Shown piece by piece: positions 52,096 to 61,020 of a stretch of 64,000 bases of DNA. This DNA comes from an uncultured Candidatus Saccharibacteria bacterium (GTDB lineage Bacteria > Patescibacteriota > Minisyncoccia > Phycocordibacterales > UBA2100). The position numbers and the translations under genes are program-made. The DNA is taken from NCBI GenBank assembly GCA_964586255.1, contig CAZPGE010000001.1:750-64749 (forward strand), given 5' to 3'. Position 1 is the first letter of the stretch; each line of letters begins with the position of its first letter. The notes below the pieces were generated by a model, which saw nothing but the letters and a program-made list of their open reading frames with translations, made no database searches and was not told where the DNA came from.

Positions 52096-54345
52096 GTGTC
52101 ACATTGTATGAATCACTCACATCGCAGTCATAATGGAGAGGGTAGTACATATACCTGCCCCATGCATCCAGAGGTGATTCAGGAGAAGCCGGGTAAGTGC
52201 CCCGAATGCGGCATAAGGCTTGTTAAAGCTGAAACAATAACAGATCATAGTGCTCACGCCGGTCATGTGATGGGGGACACATCAAGGATGAGTTTTTGGG
52301 AGAAATTTAAAATGAGTATGTCCATGACAATGGGTATGGATCATACTGGTCTTGCCGGTAGAGAAATGGCACGGCTCATGGAGATAGATATCCGAAATAA
52401 ATTCTTTTTTTCACTTGCCCTAACGATTCCTATAATTCTGTATTCGCCTCTAGGCACCGAATTTCTAAAGCTTACCCTTCCTTCCCCCATATCACTACCG
52501 TGGCTTCTCTTTATCCTGACGACGCCGGTATTTTTCTACTCAGGATGGATTTTCCTATACTCAACATATTTTGCTCTGAAGAGCAGAGTACTCAACATGG
52601 CTGTGCTCATTGCTGTCGGTATTACGGCGGCGTATGGCTTCAGCGTTTTGCTTACTCTTATCGGCAGTGCCGATTCATATTACGAAGCGGCCGCGATGCT
52701 CATTACGTTTGTCTTGTTCGGCCACTGGATGGAGATGAAATCTCGACGCGGAACGACAGATGCCCTTCAAGCCCTTTTCAATCTTGTGCCGCCGCAAGCC
52801 AGGATCTTCAAAGATGGTCAGGAAGTGATGATTCCGACATCTCTCATACAACTCGGCGACATTATTATTCTTAAGCCGGGGGACAAGGTTCCTGTCGATG
52901 GTGAAATTATTGAGGGAGAGACTGCCATTGATGAGTCTTTGGTGACTGGAGAATCAATCCCTACGTCTAAAAAGATTGGGGATCAGGTTATCGGCGGATC
53001 AATCAACGTCGCCGGTTCAGTGAAATTTAAAGCGACAAAAATAGGCAAAGACACCGCCCTTGCCCGAATCGTAGCGATGGTTGAAGAGGCACAGAATTCA
53101 AAAGCACCGGGGCAAAGAATCGCTGATAGATTTGCGAAGTATTTGGTAATTACGGCGGTGGGGTCAGGCCTTTTGGTCTTTTTTATCTGGTATTTTATAG
53201 TAGGCTCACCGCTGCTCTTGGCACTCTCCTTTGCTATCGCTACGGTCGTTATTGCATGCCCTGATGCGCTGGGGCTTGCCACGCCGACTGCTGTGGCTGT
53301 GGGTACTGGTCTTGGAGCGAAGCACAACATTCTTATAAAAGACGCACCGACACTTGAACAGGTGTCCAAGATTCAGGCAATCGTACTGGACAAAACTGGC
53401 ACACTCACCGAAGGAAAACCAAAAGTAACCACTATCGCTACGGCAGAGGGATTTGATGCAGGAGAGGCACTCCGCTTAGTCGCAGCGGCGGAGGCAAAGT
53501 CATCCCACCCATTGGCCGGCGCAGTGCTCGATGAACTTGAAAAAAGAGGACTTACGTTGCCTCATGCGGTTGATAAATTTGAGAACCTCTCCGGTTTAGG
53601 GGTGAAAGCTGTGGTGGATGGAAAACCCGTACTCATCGGCACAGTGAGGCTTATGAAGGAAAACAATGTCGTCCTAGGCTCTCTGGAGCAAAAAATCAAT
53701 GAATTTCTAGAAAAAGGAGAAACTATAATGATTCTCGCGGTTGACGGTACTATCAAAGCTGTCATCGGCGCCGCTGATCCAATAAAACCGAACGCCCTAA
53801 AAGCAGTTGAACGCTTGAAAGCATTGGGCATCGAAATCGCCATGATTACGGGGGACAACAAAATGACCGCAGAGAAGGTGGCGAGCCAGCTTGGAGTCGA
53901 AAGAGTGTTTTCGGAAGTGATGCCTGCGGATAAGGCGAGTTACGTCAAAAAGCTTCAACAGGAGGGCAAATTCACAGCAATGGTGGGAGACGGTGTCAAT
54001 GATGCGCCTGCGCTTGCCCAAGCTGATGTGGGTATTGCCATTGGTGCAGGCACGGATGTGGCGATTGAGACCGCAAAAGTTGTACTGATGAAGTCTGATC
54101 CTTTAGACATACTTCGGGCTATCACCCTAAGCAAGGCAACGGTTCTTAAAATGAAGCAAAATCTTTTTTGGGCTTCAATTTATAATGTCCTCGCGATACC
54201 GGTTGCCGGTGGAATCCTGTACCCAAGCTTCGGCATCATGCTTCGTCCTGAATTCGCGGCACTCCTCATGAGCATCTCTTCGATAATCGTCGCAGTAAAT
54301 GCCGTATTATTGAAGCGAGTCGAAAAAGACTTAATCACAGTATAA
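52096..54345 (+). CDS. heavy-metal (copper-type) P1B ATPase
   Basis: DKTGTLT, TGDN and GDGVNDAP motifs. The N-terminus is His-rich with a CPMHPEV..GKCPECG Cys motif and a Met-rich MSMSMTMGMDH stretch. The TM6 motif reads ACPDALGL (CPD instead of CPC). Confidence 0.85.
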   Translation: MSHCMNHSHRSHNGEGSTYTCPMHPEVIQEKPGKCPECGIRLVKAETITDHSAHAGHVMGDTSRMSFWEKFKMSMSMTMGMDHTGLAGREMARLMEIDIRNKFFFSLALTIPIILYSPLGTEFLKLTLPSPISLPWLLFILTTPVFFYSGWIFLYSTYFALKSRVLNMAVLIAVGITAAYGFSVLLTLIGSADSYYEAAAMLITFVLFGHWMEMKSRRGTTDALQALFNLVPPQARIFKDGQEVMIPTSLIQLGDIIILKPGDKVPVDGEIIEGETAIDESLVTGESIPTSKKIGDQVIGGSINVAGSVKFKATKIGKDTALARIVAMVEEAQNSKAPGQRIADRFAKYLVITAVGSGLLVFFIWYFIVGSPLLLALSFAIATVVIACPDALGLATPTAVAVGTGLGAKHNILIKDAPTLEQVSKIQAIVLDKTGTLTEGKPKVTTIATAEGFDAGEALRLVAAAEAKSSHPLAGAVLDELEKRGLTLPHAVDKFENLSGLGVKAVVDGKPVLIGTVRLMKENNVVLGSLEQKINEFLEKGETIMILAVDGTIKAVIGAADPIKPNALKAVERLKALGIEIAMITGDNKMTAEKVASQLGVERVFSEVMPADKASYVKKLQQEGKFTAMVGDGVNDAPALAQADVGIAIGAGTDVAIETAKVVLMKSDPLDILRAITLSKATVLKMKQNLFWASIYNVLAIPVAGGILYPSFGIMLRPEFAALLMSISSIIVAVNAVLLKRVEKDLITV

Positions 54346-54349
54346 ATAT

Positions 54350-55018
54350 ATGTGTTTTTCAGCAGCAGCAAGTTTTGCAGCAGGAGGAGCGCTTAGCGTA
54401 GCAGGTGGCTTGACGCTGGCTAAGGCCAAACAGAAGTCTGAACTTCCTTTTGCCAGCATTCCGCTTTTGTTCGGCATCCAGCAGGTCATTGAGGGAGCGG
54501 TATGGATTTCTTTTGGCTCTCCCATTTTGAATATTATAGCAACCTACGCGTATTCGATGTTCTCTCATGTGTTGTGGCCGATCTTTGTCCCGATCTCTGT
54601 TTTACTGATGGAGACAGAACCAATTCGGAAAAAGATTCTGTCGCTGTTCTCCTTGCTCGGTCTGGCAGTCGGAGGCTATCTGCTGTACTTCATTATTGTA
54701 GATCCGGTTACGGCACATATCGTCGGCAACAGTATTGCGTACCATTCTCCGCACTTGTACGTGTATCTCGCAATGTTTCTGTATCTCGTGGCAACGTGCG
54801 GGAGCTGCCTTGTGTCGAGCCATAAGATCATCAACATCTTTGGTGTGGTCCTATTTCTCTCTTTCGCTATTGCGGCGTGGTTCTTCACGGAGACGTTCTT
54901 TTCAGTCTGGTGCTTCTTCGCGGCAATCCTTAGCATCATCGTGTACTGGTATTTCCAAAGAAACTCTGTGGCCCTACGGCCAGGTCGAAGCGGAGTGCAA
55001 TTAGAAAAAAATAATTAA
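54350..55018 (+). CDS. hypothetical polytopic membrane protein
   Basis: 222 aa, 6 predicted TM helices, immediately after the ATPase stop. Confidence 0.4.
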   Translation: MCFSAAASFAAGGALSVAGGLTLAKAKQKSELPFASIPLLFGIQQVIEGAVWISFGSPILNIIATYAYSMFSHVLWPIFVPISVLLMETEPIRKKILSLFSLLGLAVGGYLLYFIIVDPVTAHIVGNSIAYHSPHLYVYLAMFLYLVATCGSCLVSSHKIINIFGVVLFLSFAIAAWFFTETFFSVWCFFAAILSIIVYWYFQRNSVALRPGRSGVQLEKNN

Positions 55019-55025
55019 CAAAAAT

Positions 55026-55277
55026 ATGAACACATTTCGCGCAGTGAAAATAGGATTGGCTTGGATAAACATCACGTACATATTGTGCTATGTACTATTT
55101 GGCTTGCTACCAGTTGTGCGGCCTTCGGCTCTTCCGTACATCCTGCATCTTAATGTAGGTCCAGTGGAAAACATCTTCACACTCAGTAATTTCATCGTTG
55201 GCCTTATCCTATGGAACGTAATCGTGGGAGTGGGCATCTGGTTGGTTGGATTTCTCGCTAATCACATTAAAAATTAA
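55026..55277 (+). CDS. hypothetical small membrane protein
   Basis: 83 aa, two TM helices, in a lower-GC stretch. Confidence 0.3.
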   Translation: MNTFRAVKIGLAWINITYILCYVLFGLLPVVRPSALPYILHLNVGPVENIFTLSNFIVGLILWNVIVGVGIWLVGFLANHIKN

Positions 55278-55285
55278 TCATAAAT

Positions 55286-55513
55286 ATGAAACTATCAAAA
55301 TTAATGCATGTCGCGAGCGTCGTTGCTGGGTTTATCGGAGTAATCGGGTTTATTGGAGCTGTGCTGAGTGGACCAAATCTTGAAGGTATTGTATTTGGTG
55401 TCACGAAAGCGGACGCCCTTGCGTGTTCGGCTATCTTGATTCTTATCGCGACCTGGCTACAGATAGCGACCATCCACCACATGATGCTTGAGCAAAAGGG
55501 GGAAATCGTCTAG
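55286..55513 (+). CDS. hypothetical small membrane protein
   Basis: 75 aa, two TM helices. Confidence 0.3.
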   Translation: MKLSKLMHVASVVAGFIGVIGFIGAVLSGPNLEGIVFGVTKADALACSAILILIATWLQIATIHHMMLEQKGEIV

Positions 55514-55523
55514 CATTAAACCC

Positions 55524-55934
55524 ATGTTCAGGCACGGAAAGCACACGACATGTATCGCGGTAGTCGCGCTCGTTTTCCTGCTGCTCGGATCATTCGGGGT
55601 GCCTCACTTCGGTATGATGCCGCTAGATGGCCAGATGTCCGGCTGCCCATTTATGGGCGAGGGGGCAGTCTGTAAGATGAATCCGCTCGAACATCTGGCA
55701 GCATGGCAGAGTGCATTCACGACAACCCTTCCGGGCCAAAGCTTGGCATCCTTTGTCCTCCTCCTCCTCCTGCTCTTGTCGTTGTTGCTGCTCCAGCGCG
55801 CGAGGCAGAGTTTCGCGAGAAATAAGCCTTCGCCGATACAAGGCTTTCGAGTGCGAAACCGGGAGAGGTTCTCCTCTTATCATCCTCTAAAGGAAGCGTT
55901 TTCAGACGGCATTCTTCATCCTAAGCTTTTTTAG
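55524..55934 (+). CDS. hypothetical membrane protein with Met/Cys-rich segment
   Basis: TM helix, then MMPLDGQMSGCPFMGEGAVCKM (possible Cu(I)-binding Met/Cys motif), then a poly-Leu TM segment. Confidence 0.35.
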   Translation: MFRHGKHTTCIAVVALVFLLLGSFGVPHFGMMPLDGQMSGCPFMGEGAVCKMNPLEHLAAWQSAFTTTLPGQSLASFVLLLLLLLSLLLLQRARQSFARNKPSPIQGFRVRNRERFSSYHPLKEAFSDGILHPKLF

Positions 55935-55997
55935 CTGCACGTGTGCAGCCGCACCGGTTTTGATATAAATCGGCGGCTTTTTGTTGCGTTTATCCGC

Positions 55998-57188
55998 ATG
56001 TATAAGCTACGAATCATGGAAACAAAATCCAAAGCAAGTAGACGTCTGGTGCGGGTGGTTACGGCGACGGTACTCGTCGTTGGAGCCGTGGCACTTGCCA
56101 TTTGGCTCCTTCCTTCAGGGTGGCCGAGTAGTTCGTTGACCAAAAGAAGTGAAGGACCGGACGAAAAAGTGTACGTCGCGCTCGAGGGTGAGGGCGCGGT
56201 TGCCGTATTAGACCCAGCTACAGAGAAAGTTCTCTCTGCCATCGGCCTCGTAGAAGAAACAAAGCAGGGGACTGTGCGTTATATGGCTCATAATGTTCAG
56301 GTTACACCAAATGGCACTGCGGTTCTTGTAACCGCCAATGTCGAAGAGGGCATGGACATGGAAGAGTCCCCAATGCAGGACATGGAAGCGGCGCATGGAG
56401 CGCTCTACGATCAGCTCATAATGATTAATCCAGAGAATGACACGATAACGCGTCGTATCCCTATCGACACTGACAGTCATCTCGCGCATGTGGTCGCCAC
56501 AGCAGACGGACGCACGGCGTACGTGACTCTGCAAGAGAAAGGGTTCGTGTATGTGGTCGACCTTGAGCGCGGCGTAGTTACAGACAAGATCAATCTCGGT
56601 GAAGAAAGCGGACCGCACGGACTCCGCCTCATTCCTGATGGAAAACAGTTGGTTGTCGCTCTGCTGGATGGTAGGGGAGTTGCATTTGTTGATACGATCA
56701 CAAACGTAGTCCGAATAGCCAAGCTTCCAGGGGCAGTGGTGCAGGCCGCCGTAACGCAGGACGGGACATACGCCTTCGCTTCCGTCTACGATACGAAGGA
56801 AGTCGCATGGTTCTCGATGAGGAGCGACGAGCGGGGTACCGTCTCGCTTCCCGAAGGAGCGCGAGGCCCGGTACAGCTCTACCCGACACCAGACTCGAAG
56901 TATCTCTACGTGGCTGACCAAGGATATTACTTCGACCAGCCGCAAGGAAATACAGTCTACCGCATCGACGTGGGCACCAAGTCAGTCGATCAGAGCATAT
57001 CAGGGGGGGCTGCACCGCACGGCGTTGTCGTAAACAAAAGTGGCGCGTCCGTGTACGTTACGAACCTTCTGAGCGGTGATGTATCGGTCATTGATACAGC
57101 GTCTCAAAAGGAGGTTTCTCGCATCCGGGTTGGCAAAATGCCAAACGGTATCAGTGTGTGGAGTAGAAATCAGGGAGGCACGCCTTAA
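55998..57188 (+). CDS. YVTN-family beta-propeller repeat protein (secreted)
   Basis: N-terminal TM/signal segment and ~40-aa repeats with the YVAD/YVTN signature (YVTLQEKGFVYVVD, LYVADQG, VYVTNLLSGDVSVID). Confidence 0.6.
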   Translation: MYKLRIMETKSKASRRLVRVVTATVLVVGAVALAIWLLPSGWPSSSLTKRSEGPDEKVYVALEGEGAVAVLDPATEKVLSAIGLVEETKQGTVRYMAHNVQVTPNGTAVLVTANVEEGMDMEESPMQDMEAAHGALYDQLIMINPENDTITRRIPIDTDSHLAHVVATADGRTAYVTLQEKGFVYVVDLERGVVTDKINLGEESGPHGLRLIPDGKQLVVALLDGRGVAFVDTITNVVRIAKLPGAVVQAAVTQDGTYAFASVYDTKEVAWFSMRSDERGTVSLPEGARGPVQLYPTPDSKYLYVADQGYYFDQPQGNTVYRIDVGTKSVDQSISGGAAPHGVVVNKSGASVYVTNLLSGDVSVIDTASQKEVSRIRVGKMPNGISVWSRNQGGTP

Positions 57189-57235
57189 CAGGCCTCTCTC
57201 ATTTTGGTTAACGCATTAGTCACATCCACAAACAT

Positions 57236-57952
57236 ATGAACTCAGAAACAAAACAAAATAGCCTCACGATTCCGGCGGCCATCGTCACCGCAGGAGTTCT
57301 CATCGGTGGTGCCGTCTATCTTGGTATCAGCGGGAGAGGTACTGCAGACGTACTCCAGCAGCAGGGTGAAGAGCAGTTCACGGGCAATCTCGAGCAAATG
57401 ATGCCCATTACCAGTACCGACCACATACGCGGCAATCCCGATGCTCCGGTTAAAATAGTTGAATACTCCGACTTCGAGTGCCCATTCTGCAAACGCTTTC
57501 ACGAGACGATGAAGCAAGTGAGTGCAGAATATGGCGACAAAGTTGCATGGGTGTACCGACACTACCCACTCGATCAACTTCACTCTAAGGCTCGCAAAGA
57601 AGCCGTTGCTTCCGAATGTGCAGTGGAACTTGGCGGCAATGATGCGTTCTGGAAATTCACGGACCGCTTCTTTGATCTCACACCGTCAAACGATCAGACG
57701 GACATCGGCACGGTGCTACCCCAAATTGCCAAAGAGATAGGCCTTGATGGTGCGAAGTTCGCAACATGTCTTGCTAGCGGGAAATACGACGCTCACGTCG
57801 AAGAAAACGTACAAGACGCAGCAGCGACCGGCGGAAATGGCACCCCGTGGAGCATCATCGTGACAAATAGCGGTAAAAAGTACCCGCTCTCTGGCGCCCA
57901 GCCCTATGAGGCAGTAAAGCAAATTATTGACCTTGCATTGAAAGACAAATAG
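57236..57952 (+). CDS. DsbA-family thiol:disulfide oxidoreductase (membrane-anchored)
   Basis: TM anchor and CPFC active site (EYSDFECPFCKRFH). Confidence 0.7.
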   Translation: MNSETKQNSLTIPAAIVTAGVLIGGAVYLGISGRGTADVLQQQGEEQFTGNLEQMMPITSTDHIRGNPDAPVKIVEYSDFECPFCKRFHETMKQVSAEYGDKVAWVYRHYPLDQLHSKARKEAVASECAVELGGNDAFWKFTDRFFDLTPSNDQTDIGTVLPQIAKEIGLDGAKFATCLASGKYDAHVEENVQDAAATGGNGTPWSIIVTNSGKKYPLSGAQPYEAVKQIIDLALKDK

Positions 57953-57954
57953 CC

Positions 57955-58497
57955 ATGAATGCCGCCAGAATCGTCTTCAGGAATTGGAGCTACGTCCTCC
58001 TTACCTCATTGGTTAGTTTCGGTGTCTTCGCATTCGCGGTGTGGTTTCCCAATTTCCGGCTCCTGTGGTCCTTCTGGTCTAATTCTTCTGCATCACTCGC
58101 GGACAAGGTGACGTTTTCACTTCGTCTCCTGGAGTCGATAAGCACAAACTTCACCGCGCTTTCCGGTGCGTACACAATCGCGATTGCTATCCTTGTCGGT
58201 GTCAACGTTGCGTATATGGCGTACATTCTGAAGCTCAAAAAGCGAGAATTATCTGCGGCCGGCGTGACGGTGGGGACGCTCGGGATTCTCTCCGGAGCCA
58301 CGGGGCTGGGATGCGCGGCGTGCGGCTCGCTTATGATCTCTTCGCTTCTCGCAACTGCAGGTGGTGCGAGCATGCTCCCCCTTTTGCCGCTGAGAGGTGG
58401 AGAACTCGGCCTTCTTGGAGTGATTCTTCTCGGCGCATCGACCTACTTGCTGGCAAAGCACATTACCAAACCTCCGCTGTGTGGAGTCACGACTTAG
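57955..58497 (+). CDS. hypothetical membrane protein with intramembrane CxxC
   Basis: 180 aa, 4-5 TM helices, GLGCAACGS motif and a C-terminal PPLCG. Start 3 nt after the dsbA-like stop. Confidence 0.4.
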   Translation: MNAARIVFRNWSYVLLTSLVSFGVFAFAVWFPNFRLLWSFWSNSSASLADKVTFSLRLLESISTNFTALSGAYTIAIAILVGVNVAYMAYILKLKKRELSAAGVTVGTLGILSGATGLGCAACGSLMISSLLATAGGASMLPLLPLRGGELGLLGVILLGASTYLLAKHITKPPLCGVTT

Positions 58498-58535
58498 AGG
58501 TCACACATTAAAAAAATCAATCATCACATACACCT

Positions 58536-58964
58536 ATGAAAATCTTCTTTATTGGACTCGCAGCGATAGTTCTTGCAGCTTTGGCTTCAATAATCTTCCT
58601 TTCTCCATCAGACAAAGCTCCCCGTGCCACCGACGCCGATGTCATCGCATCTGGTGGACTCCACTGGCATCCGTCTCTGGAGATATACATTGGGGGAGTG
58701 AAGCAGGAGATTCCTCAAAACCTTGGCCTGGGCGCGGTGCATCAGCCCATGCATACGCACGATGACCTGCCTATCGTTCATCTTGAATTTGCAGGTGCCG
58801 TAAAAGATGCTGACATCAAGCTCGGCAGGTTCTTCGATATATGGGGTAAGGACATGCGCGCGTTTGGTTCGAATATGCGCATGACGGTCAACGGTGTCGA
58901 CAACGCGGAGTACGAGCAGTACATTATGAGAGACAAAGATGTAATAGAATTACACTATGACTAA
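58536..58964 (+). CDS. hypothetical secreted/anchored protein, His-rich
   Basis: Signal anchor plus a His-rich core (GGLHWHPSLEIY..VHQPMHTHDD..HLEF). Overlaps the multicopper oxidase start by 8 nt. Confidence 0.45.
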   Translation: MKIFFIGLAAIVLAALASIIFLSPSDKAPRATDADVIASGGLHWHPSLEIYIGGVKQEIPQNLGLGAVHQPMHTHDDLPIVHLEFAGAVKDADIKLGRFFDIWGKDMRAFGSNMRMTVNGVDNAEYEQYIMRDKDVIELHYD

Positions 58965-60495
58965 CAGGTTCGTGTACATGGCCGTCGCCATTGTTGTGAT
59001 TGCGATAGCAGTCGCAGTCTTCAACAGTTGGGACACTCTGCGCCAGTTAGCGCCGCTCGTGACGCAAAGTCAGATAGTCGAACTCGAAGATGGGGATACC
59101 TATGACCTCCTGGCGAGCTATGTGACGAAGGAAATCGGAGGGAAAACCGTGAAGATGCTTGCATACAACGGCTCTATACCAGGGCCGACTATCCGCGTGC
59201 CGCAAGGCGCAGAGGTCACAATCAACTTCACGAACAACACCGACATGAAGGCGCTCCTTCACTCGCATGGGGTCAGAATGGACAACGCCTTCGATGGTGC
59301 ACAGACGTCGCAGGAAGAAATGGAGCCGGGAGAGTCGTTCTCGTACACACTGAAATTCCCCGATGCGGGCGTCTTCTGGTATCACCCGCATGTGAATGAA
59401 GTGTATGGGCAGGCTCTCGGTCTCTATGGGGCGTTCGTTGTCGTGCCGAAAGATGCGGCGTACTTTCCGCCCGTCAATCGCGAGGAAGTGCTCTTCCTAT
59501 CCGACCTTCCGGTCGAAGGCGGGGCAATCGGTATCGATAAAAGCGGTACAGACTTCTCGCTAATGGGCCACTTCGGCAACGTGATGCTCGTCAACGGGCA
59601 GGAAAATTACGCTCTCTCTGCAAGGGTAGGTGAAGTCGTGAGGCTCTACGTGATTAATGCCGCGAATGTGCGTCCGTTCAATGTCTCGATACCGGGAGCC
59701 AGGATCAAGGTCGTCGGCGGAGACAACGGCGCGTACGAAAAAGCGTTTTTCGCCGATAGCGTGGTGCTCGCGCCGTCGGAGCGCGCTATCGTCGACGTCT
59801 TGATTACGGGCCCCGCCGAGATTGTGAACCAAATACCCGGTCGCCCCGTCAGACTCGCATCCATCACGGTGGATGATGAGCATATCGAGACTTCCTACGG
59901 CGCACTGTTCGAGCAGTTGCAGGAAAACGTGGATACGCAGGCGAGCATCGACCCCTTCCGGGCGTACTTCGACAAAGCGCCGGATAAGACGATCACCCTC
60001 ACCGTCGACATGATGGGTATGTCCGGCATGGGTGGTCACGTGATGCCGGATGGGACGAAAATGCAAGGCATGATGATGGCCGAAGTGCCTGAAGGCGGCA
60101 TTGAATGGGAAGATCGCGGCATGGAGATGATGAATCAGATGTCCAATACCGGTTCCATCAAGTGGAATATTGTTGACCAAAGTACGGGAAACAAGAACAT
60201 GGACATCAATTGGGCCTTCACGCGCGGTCAGCCCGTGAATATCCGTATCTTCAATGACCCCAGGTCTATGCATCCAATGCAACATCCGATCCACTTCCAT
60301 GGCCAGCGGTTTCTGGTTGTGGCACGCGATGGAGTCCGGCAATCAAACCTCGTGTGGAAGGACACGACGCTCGTCAAGGCGGGGGAGACGGTCGATATCA
60401 TCCTCGATCCCTCCAACCCCGGTACGTGGATGGCGCACTGTCACATCTCGGAACACCTCGCTGCGGGGATGATGCTTATCTTCGAAGTGCGGTAG
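58957..60495 (+). CDS. multicopper oxidase (laccase/CueO-like)
   Basis: Copper ligand motifs LHSHG, WYHPH, HPIHFHG and HCHISEHLAAGM; N-terminal TM anchor. Confidence 0.8.
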   Translation: MTNRFVYMAVAIVVIAIAVAVFNSWDTLRQLAPLVTQSQIVELEDGDTYDLLASYVTKEIGGKTVKMLAYNGSIPGPTIRVPQGAEVTINFTNNTDMKALLHSHGVRMDNAFDGAQTSQEEMEPGESFSYTLKFPDAGVFWYHPHVNEVYGQALGLYGAFVVVPKDAAYFPPVNREEVLFLSDLPVEGGAIGIDKSGTDFSLMGHFGNVMLVNGQENYALSARVGEVVRLYVINAANVRPFNVSIPGARIKVVGGDNGAYEKAFFADSVVLAPSERAIVDVLITGPAEIVNQIPGRPVRLASITVDDEHIETSYGALFEQLQENVDTQASIDPFRAYFDKAPDKTITLTVDMMGMSGMGGHVMPDGTKMQGMMMAEVPEGGIEWEDRGMEMMNQMSNTGSIKWNIVDQSTGNKNMDINWAFTRGQPVNIRIFNDPRSMHPMQHPIHFHGQRFLVVARDGVRQSNLVWKDTTLVKAGETVDIILDPSNPGTWMAHCHISEHLAAGMMLIFEVR

Positions 60496-60555
60496 ATGAT
60501 GCGCGGTTGGTTGAAGGCTTGGTACGGACGGTAGGAGACCACGCAGCATAAAACT

Positions 60556-60577
60556 AAAGCCCCGAAAGGGGCTTTTG
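60556..60577 (+). terminator. rho-independent terminator after the multicopper oxidase
   Basis: AGCCCC-GAAA-GGGGCT followed by TTTTG. Confidence 0.65.
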
Positions 60578-60611
60578 TGTTCAAGTTCAGCAAAGTGGCG
60601 GCAGGTAGAAG

Positions 60612-60938
60612 TTAGCCGAATACCAGGACCTTGTCGCTCTCCTCAACCATCTTGAGCAGGTCTGTCATGGTAGCAATGGGGCACACACCAGATTCCTTCC
60701 TGCCGCGTATTTCGAGGCACGAACCGCAGGCGTAGAGGGTGCCTTTGAGCTCCTTAAATTCTGAGACTTTTTTTGAAATATTAAAGTCGTTTGTATCCGC
60801 TATGGTATCAAGCTCTGCTCCCTCGCTCATCAGGAACACCGATACGGCATGATTGGCTTTGAGTGAAGTGATAGCGAAGCGAAAGGAATTCCAGACATGT
60901 TCAGGTTTGTTCGACTGCAGCACGATACCGATTTTCAT
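60612..60938 (-). CDS. DsrE/DsrF-like family protein
   Basis: 108 aa: MKIGIVL..FRFA...VFLM..G..L..CGSC..RG...CP..TM matches the DsrE-like sulfur-relay fold pattern. Confidence 0.55.
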   Translation of the reverse strand: MKIGIVLQSNKPEHVWNSFRFAITSLKANHAVSVFLMSEGAELDTIADTNDFNISKKVSEFKELKGTLYACGSCLEIRGRKESGVCPIATMTDLLKMVEESDKVLVFG

Positions 60939-61020
60939 ATGGTCTGTATTGTACCAGGAGCGGGCACTACTTTAGAACAATATTCTGTCCATGGACCCGG
61001 AACACGTCTGGGCACCTATA

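Noticed and set aside
55740-55805. tandem CTC/CTG/TTG repeat (ctcctcctcctgctcttgtcgttgttgctgctc)
   Set aside because: It encodes a poly-Leu transmembrane segment inside ORF 55524..55934. It is not a CRISPR array or an SSR locus of regulatory size.
59560-60342. 260-aa minus-strand ORF
   Set aside because: It is antisense to the multicopper oxidase. It is His-rich because it mirrors the Cu-ligand codons.
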